Shown: positions 1 to 10,012 of the stretch, piece by piece
How the letters are laid out: each line of letters starts with the position of its first letter
How positions within the stretch are numbered: position 1 is the stretch's first letter
Assembly: GCF_039654945.1 (NCBI RefSeq)
Contig: NW_027361788.1
Coordinates: forward strand, 41,292,001 to 41,356,000
Reading direction: 5' to 3'
DNA length: 64,000 nucleotides
DNA from: Dendrobates tinctorius
Taxonomy: Eukaryota
The notes under the pieces: model-generated
What the model was told of the DNA's origin: nothing
Seen by the model: only the letters and a program-made list of their open reading frames with translations
The model's database searches: none
Program-made: the position numbers and the translations under genes

Positions 1-99
1 ACTCTGAGGGACAGTTAGAGAAAGCGATTTTCCAAATAATATTGTGCTTTACCCAGGCTACATTATCAATCAGTGTAGCTTTCTTTTGCCTTGCAGCGC

Positions 100-850
100 T
101 GTTCACAGCTGTCTGCAAGGTCTGTGTGAGTGCAGCTCACACTGTGTAGTGTGTTCTGCAGCCACCTCTGGTTGTAGGCCGCTCAGCGTGCGTCACTGCC
201 TCATACATATTTTTCTTTTATTGCTGCTCATTTTTCATTAATTCTATTAGTGTGCATCCATCCGTATCCATATACATTGGTTGCAAACACTATAGGAGTA
301 GACAGCGGAGCCTTTCTGCAGCCTTTCAGTGCTAGTGCCCAGTTATCTGCACTGTTCACGGCTGTCTGGGAGGTCTCTGTGTGTGAGTGCAGCTCACGTT
401 GTAGTGTTTTTTGCAGCCACCTCTGGTTGTAGACCGCTCAGCGTGCGTCACTGCCTCATACATATTTTTCTTTTATTGCTGCTCATTTTTCATTAATTCT
501 CCTATTAGTGTGCATCCATCCGTATCCATATACAGTACATTGGTTGCAAACACTATAGGAGTAGACAGCGGAGCCTTTCTGCAGCCTTTCAGTGCTAGTG
601 CCCAGTTATCTGCACTGTTCATGGCTGTCTGAGAGGTCTCTGTGTGTGAGTGCAACTCACGTTGTAGTGTGTTCTGCAGCCACCTCTGGTTGTTGTCCGC
701 TCAGCGTGCATCACTGCCTCATACATAGTCCCTTTTTTGTTTTATTGCAGCTCATTTTTCCTGATTTTTTTTCTCCTATTAGTGTGCTTCTATCCATATC
801 CATCTACACTGGTTGGTTGAAAACACTATATAGGAGTAGATAGAGGAGCC
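100..850. repeat. About three imperfect direct repeats (~260 bp period)
   Basis: The motif gcagctcac..tgtagtgt..tgcagccacctctggttgt recurs at ~132, ~389 and ~652. Confidence 0.8.
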
Positions 851-1206
851 TTTTTTCCGGCTTGTGCACTGCAGCTGCAGCCAGATTAGTATTAGCCTAT
901 TTTTTGGAGCCTCATCTATTGCATTGTAGGTTACCTTCCTGCATTGTAATAGCTCCAAAAAGTTTGCGATACTATCGCTTTCACATCTTTGGTCACATCC
1001 ATTTTGTTTTTTTGAAAAAAAACACGTAAATAAAGTTCACCAAACACTCCACTTGACAGTTGTGTAGGCCACATTAGCTCATATTAAAGTGTAGTCCACA
1101 CACTTTATAAAATTAGTGTTTCTTATACCATAGAATCATAGAATCGTAGAGTTGGAAGGGACCTCCTGGGCCATCTGGTCCAACCCCCTGCTCAAAGCAG
1201 GATTCG

Positions 1207-3939
1207 CTAAATCATCCCAGTCAGATGTCTGTCCAGCCTCTGTTTGAAGACTTCCATTGAAGGAGAACTCACCACTTCTCGTGGCAGCCTGTTCCACTCA
1301 TTGATCACTCTAACTGTCAAAAAGTTTTTTCTAATATCTAATCTGTGTCTCCTCCCATTCAGTTTCATCCCATTGCTTCTAGTCTTTCCTTGTGCAAATG
1401 AGAATAAAGTTGATCCTTCTACAATGTGACAGCCCTTTAGATATTTGTAGACAGCTATTAAGTCTCCTCTTAGTCTTCTCTTTTGCAAACTAAACATTCC
1501 CAAATCCTGCAACCTTTCCTCATAAGACAGGGTTTGCAGACCGTTCACCATTCTGGTTGCTCTTTTCTGAACTTGCTCCAGTTTGTTGATGTCTTTTTTA
1601 AAATGTGGTGCCCAAAACTCGACACAATATTCCAGATGAGGTCTGACCAAAGAGGAGTAGAGGGAAATAATGACTTCACGTGATCTAGACTGTATGCTTC
1701 TGTTAATACATCCTAGAATTGCATTTGCCTTTTTTGCTGCTGCATCACACTGTTGACTCATATTCAGTCTGTGATCTATTAGTATACCCAAGTCTTTTTC
1801 ACATGTGCTGTCACTTAGCCCTATTCCTCCCATTCTATATATGCTTTTTTCATTTTTATTGCCCAGATGTAGTACTTTGCATTTCTCCCTGTTAAAAACC
1901 ATTCTATTAGTTGCTGCCCACTTCTCCAGTTTATTTAAATCTTTTTGAATCCTCTCTCTCTCTTCTCTAGTATTAGCTATCCCTCCTAGCTTTGTGTCAT
2001 CAGCAAATTTAATCAGTTTACCCTCAATTCCTTCATCTAAATCGTTGATAAAGATGTTGAACAATACAGGGCCCAGGACAGAGCCCTGTGGTACCCCACT
2101 TGAGACATTCTTCCAACTGGATGTGCAGCCATTTACGACCACTCTTTGGGTCCGATCACTAAGCCAGTTATGAATCCACCTAACAGTTGCCTTGTCCATT
2201 CCATACTTAGTCATTTTTTCAATAAGGATTGTATGAGAGACTTTGTCAAAAGCTTTGCTGAAGTCAAGATATACTATATCTACAGCATTTCCTTGATCCA
2301 CCCAATCAGTGATACCGTCATAGAAGGAAATTAAGTTAGTCTGACATGACTTATTAGTTACAAACCCATGCTGACTCTGTTTGATCACTTCATTCTTATC
2401 CAGGTATTGACATACATGTTGTTTAATAATTTGTTCAAAGATCTTTCCTGGTATAGAAGTCAGACTCACCGGCCTATAGTTGCCTGGGTCCACCTTCTTC
2501 CCCTTTTTGAAGATAGGAACAACATTTGCTCTTCTCCAGTCTTCTGGCACTTCTCCTGTTCTCCAAGAATTTTCAAAGATTATGGAGAGGGGTTCAAAAA
2601 TTTCTTCTGCTATCTCCTTCAGTACTCTGGGGTGTAATTCATCTGGACCTGGAGACTTGAATTCATTTACGTTAGCTAAGTGTTTCCTCACTATCTTTCT
2701 GTTTATAGATATCCTGGATTCTTCTATTCCCTTAATAGGACAGTGAATAACAGTTGGTGTTACATTTCCTTTCTGAGAGAAAACAGATACAAAATAGGAA
2801 TTTAAAAGTTCAGCCTTCTCAACATCCTGTCTTACCATTTCATCATTTTCATCCTGTAAAAATCCTATAGCATCTTTGACTTTTCTTTAACTTTTGACAT
2901 ATCCCCAAAATCCTTTATTATTGCTTTTGACATCTCTTGCAAGCCTCAATTCATTTTCAGCTTTAGCTAATCTGATTTGTGCCCTGCAGGTTCTGCAGAC
3001 AGCATTATATTCTTCTTTAGATATGCCTCCCTCTTTCCATTTTATAAACATTTTTTTCTTCCTTTTTAGCATGTGCTTAAGTTCTGTGTTCACCCATCCT
3101 GGTTTCCTTAAATGCTTCCTATTCTTCCCTCTTTTCGGAATTGTTAACAATTGTGCTTTGAGAATTTCATTTTTCAAGATTTCCCATCCTTCCTGGACAT
3201 TTTTATCTTTAAGGATATCCAGCCATTGGATCCCTCCAATTATCTTTCTGAATCCCTTAAAATCTGCCTTTCTGAAATCTAACCTTGACGTCTGAGTCTT
3301 CACAGGTCTTCCGCCTCTAGTTATCCAAAATTCTAAAATAGCATGGTCGCTACCTCCTAGGGTTCCAGCCACTTTTACCTCCTCAACCATTTCCTCCCTG
3401 TTTATAAGGATTAGATCCAAGGTAGCAGTTCCCCTTGTTTTCTCCCCTACCTTTTGGAAGATAAAGTTGTCAGCAAGAGAGGATAAGAATTTCCTTGACC
3501 TGTTAGTTTTGCCTGAGAGAGATTCCCAACAAATGTCTGGATAGTTGAAATCTCCCATGACAACTATGTCATATTTTTTGGAGAACTTGGCCATTTGATG
3601 CATAAAGAGTTCATCCATATCTTCCGCTTGCACAGGCGGCCTGTAGTAAATGCCTACAATGGTGTCCTTTCCATTGTTCTGTCCTTGTATTCTTACCCAA
3701 ACAGTTTCCACAGAACTCCCAGTCTCTGAAGCTTCAATCTCTGTGCAGATATACGCGTTTCTAACATACAATGCAACACCCCCTCCTCGTTTATCAAGTC
3801 TGTTTCTTGCAAATAAGTTGTATCCTTCTAGTCTTGTATTCCAATCATGTGTATTGTCCCACCAAGTTTCAGTGATTCCAATGACATCATATTTCTTTTC
3901 CTGTGTTAGTAGTTCCAATTCTCCTTGTTTGTTGCCCAT
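1207..3939 (-). pseudogene. CR1 ORF2 (APE endonuclease + reverse transcriptase) with one in-frame nonsense codon at 2887-2889
   Basis: Endonuclease motifs GITETW, GDFNYP and GSDH; RT motifs YRPVSLTS, DFSKAFD, GVPQGSVLGP and FADD. ORFs 2887-3939 and 1207-2838 are in the same frame, separated only by TAA. Confidence 0.93.
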
Positions 3940-4118
3940 GCTTTGTGCATTAGTATAGAAACATTTTAGTTTGTGATTGGTTTCTCTTTCTCCAATATTT
4001 TTATTAATTAGATTCTTTCGTCTTTGTTCTTCCTTTCCACTTCTAATAGCAGAGTTCTCAATAGCATTTGTCAGGTGTATGGCTTTTTCTGGTCTTTTGC
4101 TTCCCTTCCCATGTTGTT

Positions 4119-4460
4119 CTAGTTTAAAGCTCTCCTTACAAGTGTAGCAAGGCGACTTCCAAATACATGCTTTCCAGTCTTCGTAAGGTGCACCCCATCT
4201 CTAGCAAGTAGTCCATCGTATAAGTAGTTCACTCCGTGATCCAGAAATCCAAATAGTTGCTGACGGCACCATCGACGTAGCCAGTTGTTCACCTGCAGAA
4301 TCTTATTCCACCTCCTTGTTCCATGGCCATCCACTGGGAGGATGGAAGAGAAGACCACCTGCGCTCCCAGTTCTTTCACTTTCTTGCCTAAGTCTTCAAA
4401 GTCTCTGCAGATGGTTTCCAGGTCGTTTCTTGCGGTGTCATTTGTCCCCACATGTAGTAG
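4119..4460 (-). pseudogene. CR1 ORF1 C-terminal SGNH esterase fragment
   Basis: HVGTND and DGVHL motifs, ending RRALN, typical of CR1 ORF1 esterases. Confidence 0.88.
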
Positions 4461-4693
4461 TACCAGTTAGCAGCTGTTCAGGAATAAGCACACTAAGCCC
4501 CCCCTTTGTACTTTTCTGCCTATCTTTATCAGTCTAACAAGATGAAGAACATGCAAAAACATAAGCCGCGGAGACACCATCACATGTTTCTCAACGCAAG
4601 CAATGACTAGCCAGGTCTTTCACCGGGAAGGAACAACCATGTGAAGGGCAGTCTCCAATGAAGGAAACCACCTATGCCAAAACATGGTATCCA

Positions 4694-4737
4694 TCCACAG
4701 ACAGCTGTTTCGGGGTATTGCCCCTCATCAGTGTGGA
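4694..4737 (-). ncRNA. Type I hammerhead ribozyme (copy 1)
   Basis: Minus strand reads UCCACA CUGAUGA GGGG CAAUA CCCC GAAA CAGCUG UC/UGUGGA. It has the full catalytic core, a 6-bp stem I, a 4-bp stem II and a palindromic short stem III. Confidence 0.93.
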
Positions 4738-5047
4738 GTAGGAAACTGGCTAGTAGGACCAATGCCTAGTAAAAGACCATGAAAAAGGGAGGATGATTGA
4801 CCTCATGGAGATCAACATCCGACACTGCGGAGACACCATCACGTGTTTCTCAACGCAGTGATTCTAGAGCACTGCCCCCATCCCTTATGGGAAATATGTA
4901 AAACATGCAAAAACATAAGCCGCGGAGACACCATCACATGTTTCTCAACGCAAGCAATGACTAGCCAGGTCTTTCACCGGGAAGGAACAACCACGGGAAG
5001 GGCAGTCTCCAATGAAGGAAACCACCTATGCCAAAACATGGTATCCA

Positions 5048-5091
5048 TCCACAGACAGCTGTTTCGGGGTATTGCCCCTCATCAGTGTGGA
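5048..5091 (-). ncRNA. Type I hammerhead ribozyme (copy 2)
   Basis: Identical 44-nt motif exactly 354 bp from copy 1. Confidence 0.93.
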
Positions 5092-5421
5092 GTAGGAAAC
5101 TGGCTAGTAGGAGCAATGCCTAGTAAAAGACCATGAAAAAGGGAGGATGATTGACCTCATGGAGGTGGCATAGGTGGTTTCCTTCATTGGAGACTGCCCT
5201 TCCCGTGGTTGTTCCTTCCCGGTGAAAGACCTGGCTAGTCATTGCTTGCGTTGAGAAACATGTGATGGTGTCTCCGCGGCTTATGTTTTTGCATGTTTTA
5301 CATATTTCCCATAAGGGATGGGGGCAGTGCTCTAGAATCACTGCGTTGAGAAACATGTGATGGTGTCTCCGCAGTGTCGGATGTTGATCTCCATGAGGTC
5401 AATCATCCTCCCTTTAACAAG

Positions 5422-7660
5422 ATGAAGAAGGCAGGGAGTAAGGCACGTGGGCATGGGGTTTCAGCAGGGAGAGGATGTGGGGATTCTGCAGGGAGAGGAC
5501 GTGGGGATTCTGCAGGGAGAGGACGTGGGGATTCTGTGCCAGCTGCGGGCACCAGTGAGTCAGCATCCCCCAGTTTTACCAGGCAACAGTCCTTTATGCG
5601 CAGCTTTGAAGGACCTCGCCGTACCCCACTGCTGCGGGACCAACAAATTGAAGCCGTTGTCGGATGGATGGCAGCTAACGCATCGACTTCAATGACTTCC
5701 ACATCCTCTCAGGGCCAGAGCACTGAAGAGCAACCATCTGTCTCTTCACCACCTGCCAAATTTCCCTGGCAGTCAGAGAGCCCTGTACAGGAGCCATCTC
5801 ATTCTCTACTTCTGTTCTCTGAATCTGTTGGCTTGGAAAGAGGGGACCAGCCAAGCAGCATCCTAGAATGTGAAGAAGAGGGAGTATGCAGTGATGCGCA
5901 ACTGCTTTGTCCCTCTGAATCTGAAGAGGCGGATGAGCCAGTGCATATGGTCAGCACACCTCAGTACACATCAGATGATGAGACTCAGGTGCCACTTTCT
6001 GGTGCGTACGGTGCTGGCGAGACTACCCAGGAGAAGCAGGTGTTTGAAGAGGGGAGTGTAGGTGATGAGGTCCTTGACCCATCATGGCGTGAGGAACAGG
6101 AAGGTGGTGGGAGCAGCTCTGAGGAAGAGATTCCCCGAACGGCCAAAACAGGAGGGAGAGGGAGGGGGCAGACTTGGTTGCCTGTAGCCTCCACTTCGGC
6201 ACCCGTTAGGAGCATTCCTCTTCCAAAAGCCAAAACGGGCGCTCCCAGCACTTGCAGTGCGTGGTCCTTTTTTGACACAGTTGCAGATGACATTTGCTTT
6301 GTCAAATGCAAGCTGTGTCATCAGAAAGTCAAAAGAGGGAAAAGGTCAGCAACCTCAATACCACAAATATGTGGAAACATGTGCGGACCAAGCACGTGGT
6401 GGAGTTACAAAGACACACTGAAGACGTAGGCCAACCTACAGCACCACCTACCACCTCTTCAGCTTGTGTTGTAGCCTCTTCCTCCAGCTCACACACAGCT
6501 GGTTTGGCTTCCTCACAGGATCGCCATGGAAGAACCTCTGGCACTGTTGTCCAGAGACCCAGTGACATTCCACCAACAGCACCACGTTCCCTGTCATCCT
6601 CACACTCCCAGGCCACTCTACAGCCATAGGTAGCACAGGCATGGGAGAAAAGGCGGCCATACTCGGCAAACCATCCCCGAGCACAGGCTCTGAATGCTGG
6701 CATTGCCAAACTACTGGCCCTTGAAATGCTTTCATTCAGGCTGGTGGAGACTGACACCTTCCGTAACTTCATGGCATTGGCAGTCCCACAATATACCGTG
6801 CCCAGCCGCTTTTATTTCAGCAGGCAAGCCGTTGCAAAAGCATGTGGAGGGAAAAATTAAACATGCGCTACTAAACGCCGTCAGTAGCAAGGTTCACCTG
6901 ACCACCGATGCGTGGACCAGTAACCATGGACAGGGACGATACCTTTCCCTCACTGCCCATTGGGTCAATGTTGTGGAGCCGGGTACAGATCTTGAGAGTG
7001 GCGCTGTACGTGTTCTGCCAACTCCAAGGATTGCAGGAATCCAGTCTGTACACATTGACTCCTCCTCATACTCCAGTTCCTCAGAATCAGCGCTGCAGGA
7101 GCCTGTTACGACTGATATGAGCACAGCCGTGGCCAAACGTGAACAGGCCGTACTGAAATTAATTTCTTTGGGGAATCGAAGCCACACAGCGCAGGAGCTC
7201 TGGAATGCCATCAAGCAGGAGAGCGACGTGTGGTTTGTGCCAGCGAATCTCCAGCCAGACTTGGTAGTGTGTGACAATGGCCGAAATTTGGTGGCAGCTC
7301 TGGGCCTAGGCAACCTCACTCACATCCCATGTCTGGCACATGTGCTCAACTTGTTTGTGCAGAGCTTTCTGAGGGACTATCCGGATCTTGATGCACTGCT
7401 GCACAAGGTCCGCATAGAGTGCGCTCACTTGCGGCATACCAGCATGGCAAGATCGCGCATTGCAGCTCCGATTCTGCCTTCCGGAACATCGCATCATATG
7501 TGACCTACCCACCAGGTGGAATTCAACATTACATATGTTGGAGCGGTTGTGTGAGCAGCAGTAATGGAGTACCAGCTGCATCAGGCGCAAACAAGTCGCA
7601 CTGTGCGCCGGTCACACTTCAGCACCACTGAGTGGGCCTCTATGAAGGATATCTGCCTGG
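5422..7660 (+). pseudogene. hAT transposase pseudogene (BED zinc finger + DDE domain), frameshifted and 3'-truncated
   Basis: BED finger (W.FF...KCKLC...WKHVRTKH, split by a frameshift near 6340), VHLTTDAWTS, CDNG, PCLAHVLNL (CxxH) and PTRWNST motifs spread over several frames. Confidence 0.9.
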
Positions 7661-7943
7661 CAAATGTCACTGGCAAAAGTTGTCCAGAAACTAGGACCTC
7701 GGTCCTACGAAATTCTAACAGAGGAAGGAAGAAGACTAAGGAGAAATCGGAGATATCTGAGGAAAACGCAAAGAGATGATTCATCCGGACAACCAAGACA
7801 ACGAGGCAGCAAGTACAAGTCAAGTACCAACAGTGACAGCTGACCATCAGGGAGAGGATTCGGGCCAGAGACAGGCAATATCAGAAGGCATATTGCCAGA
7901 ATCAGAAGAACTACCAGATGTAGTCAGTGACACCACATCTTAT

Positions 7944-8875
7944 GTTACTGAACTCATTATCTTCCCTCCATCTCACGTATCTTCCCTACCTGATCTATTA
8001 TGGTAAACGGCATCACGCTCTATCCCTCACCTAAAATCCGCTGCCTCGGAGTAACTCTCGACTCTGCCCTGTCCTTCAAACCACACGTCCAAGCTATTGC
8101 CACCTCCTGTCGCCTCCAACTCAAAAATATTTCCAGAATCCATCCCTTCCTCAGCCCTCAATCTACTAAAACTCTTGTACATGCCCTCATCATCTCCTGC
8201 CTTGACTACTGCAACACTCTCCTCTGTGGCCTCCCTGCTAACTCTCTTGCACGACTCCAGTCTGTCCTCAACTCTGCTGCCTGACTAATCCATCACTCTC
8301 CTCGCTACTCCCGTCTCTCCCCTCTGCAAATCCCTCCACTGGCTCCCAATTCCCCAAACAAATCCAGTTCAAACTACTAACACTGACCTAGAAAGCCATC
8401 CACAACCTGTTCCCTCCCTATATCTCTGAACTAATCTCCAATATCTTCCCTCATGTAATCTTTGATCCTCCCAAGACCTCCTACTTTCCTCAAACACTTA
8501 TTCGTTCCTCACACAACCGCCTCCAAGACTTCTCCCGAATATTCCCCATCCTCTGGAACTCCATGCCTCAACACGTCCGATTATCCACCACCCTGGGAGC
8601 CTTCAAACGGAACCTGAAAACCCATCTTTTCAGGAAAGCTTACAGCCTTCAATAACCATTCTGCTGCCTCACCACCACCAGAGCTGCTGCACCCCCGACC
8701 TTCTGTCTCTTCCCCACTATCCCGTAGAATGTAAGTCCGCAAGGACAGGGTCCTCTCTCCTCTGCACCAGTCTGTCATTGTAAACTTGTTTACTGATAGC
8801 GATATCTATAACTTTGTATGTAACCCCCCTTCTCATGTACAGCACCATGGAATTAATGGTGCTATATAAATAATA
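7944..8875 (+). mobile_element. L2 LINE 3' fragment
   Basis: ORF2 C-terminus LGVTLDSALSFKPH...LVHALIISCLDYCN..LLCGLP, followed by the L2 3' end gtacagcaccatggaattaatggtgctatataaataat. Confidence 0.88.
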
Positions 8876-10012
8876 CCAGAGCTGGCAGAATTATCAGAAA
8901 GCCAGCGCACCTCAAGGATAATATCTAACTGGACTTATGTTATATCTAACTTGGTCATGTTATCCATTATTTCATTATCTTTTATTGTTCCTCCAGTTAA
9001 AAGAGAAACGAGGTAGCAATATGTTATATGATGATGTGGCCTCTAGGTGTCTCACTACGTTTATGTTTGTACTACAGTCATTTTTGGAACTTGTTGGTTA
9101 GTTGTTGTTAGGAGACATCTTGTAATGGAGGATTGTAGCTCATGGAATAAACAGCCTGCAGATATCCACAGAGTGTGATCCATGACAGGACACAACAAAC
9201 AAATCAGTTGTCCACGAGTCATCAATATCAGATTGGTTGGTGTCTGATTCTCCAGCGAGCAGCTGCTCGCTTTTAGAAGTGTATGGAGTCTTAACACCAT
9301 AGCGCTCTACACTGCAGCAGCACTACTCCGCACATCACATCAGTACTCATTCACTTCAATGGGAGTGGAGGTGCAGTACCAAGAACGACCACTGGATAGT
9401 GGACGGTGCTGTGGTGTTGTAACTCCATACACTGTGTAGTGTCCGGTCTCGGTACTGCAGCTCAGCGCAAATTCTTGGAAAGATGAGGCATGAAACAAAT
9501 GAAAAAACAATTTTTATCTTTATTTGGAAAGACAGCTACAGAAAAATGGGAGAGTATAAAACAGTCTTGTAGCCAATGTGCATTCCTGCAGCTCAAGTAT
9601 CATCCATTTCATTACAATAAATAAAAGGCTGCACGAAAAAGGGAAGAATCCAGGAATCGGACGAGCAGTGCAATGGGTGCAGACCACCTCACAACTCCAT
9701 GAGACATAATCAAAAGACCTGAAATCATGATCCAGCTTAAAAATGGTTAAAATCAACAGGGTCCCTGCCTGGTTCAATGGATATAGGACTATATAATCCT
9801 ATTTCCTCACCGTGCAACCTTTCTGGAAACAGAATTGGACCCGCAGAGTAAATGTTATCACTTCATGTTATGTAGCAGCAGTAGATGGCGTCAACGCCAA
9901 ATGTAAATAAATGTACGGAGGAACATGATGGGGCACTATGGATAAAAAAAACTATAGGAAGGCATCTGGTGTGTGGACGTGATCGCTGGGGCACATCTTT
10001 TGTGGCTTCTCG

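Larger units (their letters stand above)
1131..4460 (-). mobile_element. CR1 LINE, 5'-truncated inside ORF1
   Basis: The 3' microsatellite tail reads catagaatcatagaatcgtaga on + at ~1129-1150. ORF2 has APE endonuclease and RT, ORF1 has an esterase domain, and TACCA flanks both ends (1126-1130, 4461-4465). Confidence 0.95.
4550..5414 (-). mobile_element. Retrozyme-like non-autonomous retroelement: tandem 354-nt monomers plus inverted 5' segment
   Basis: 354-bp direct repeat (4561 vs 4915); 5165-5414 is the reverse complement of ~4785-5033; 15-bp TSD taacaagatgaagaa at 4535-4549 and 5415-5429; two hammerhead ribozymes. Confidence 0.88.
1..7660 (+). mobile_element. Degenerate hAT-superfamily DNA transposon (5' subterminal repeats plus transposase pseudogene), interrupted by a CR1 LINE and a retrozyme
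   Basis: Roughly 260-bp imperfect direct repeats at 100-850. The sequence resumes across both insertions, each bounded by a TSD. Transposase motifs lie at 5422-7660. Termini are not seen. Confidence 0.75.

Noticed and set aside
4843-5356. Twin ORFs MFLNAVILEH... on opposite strands
   Set aside because: They are a by-product of the retrozyme inversion, with no coding features.
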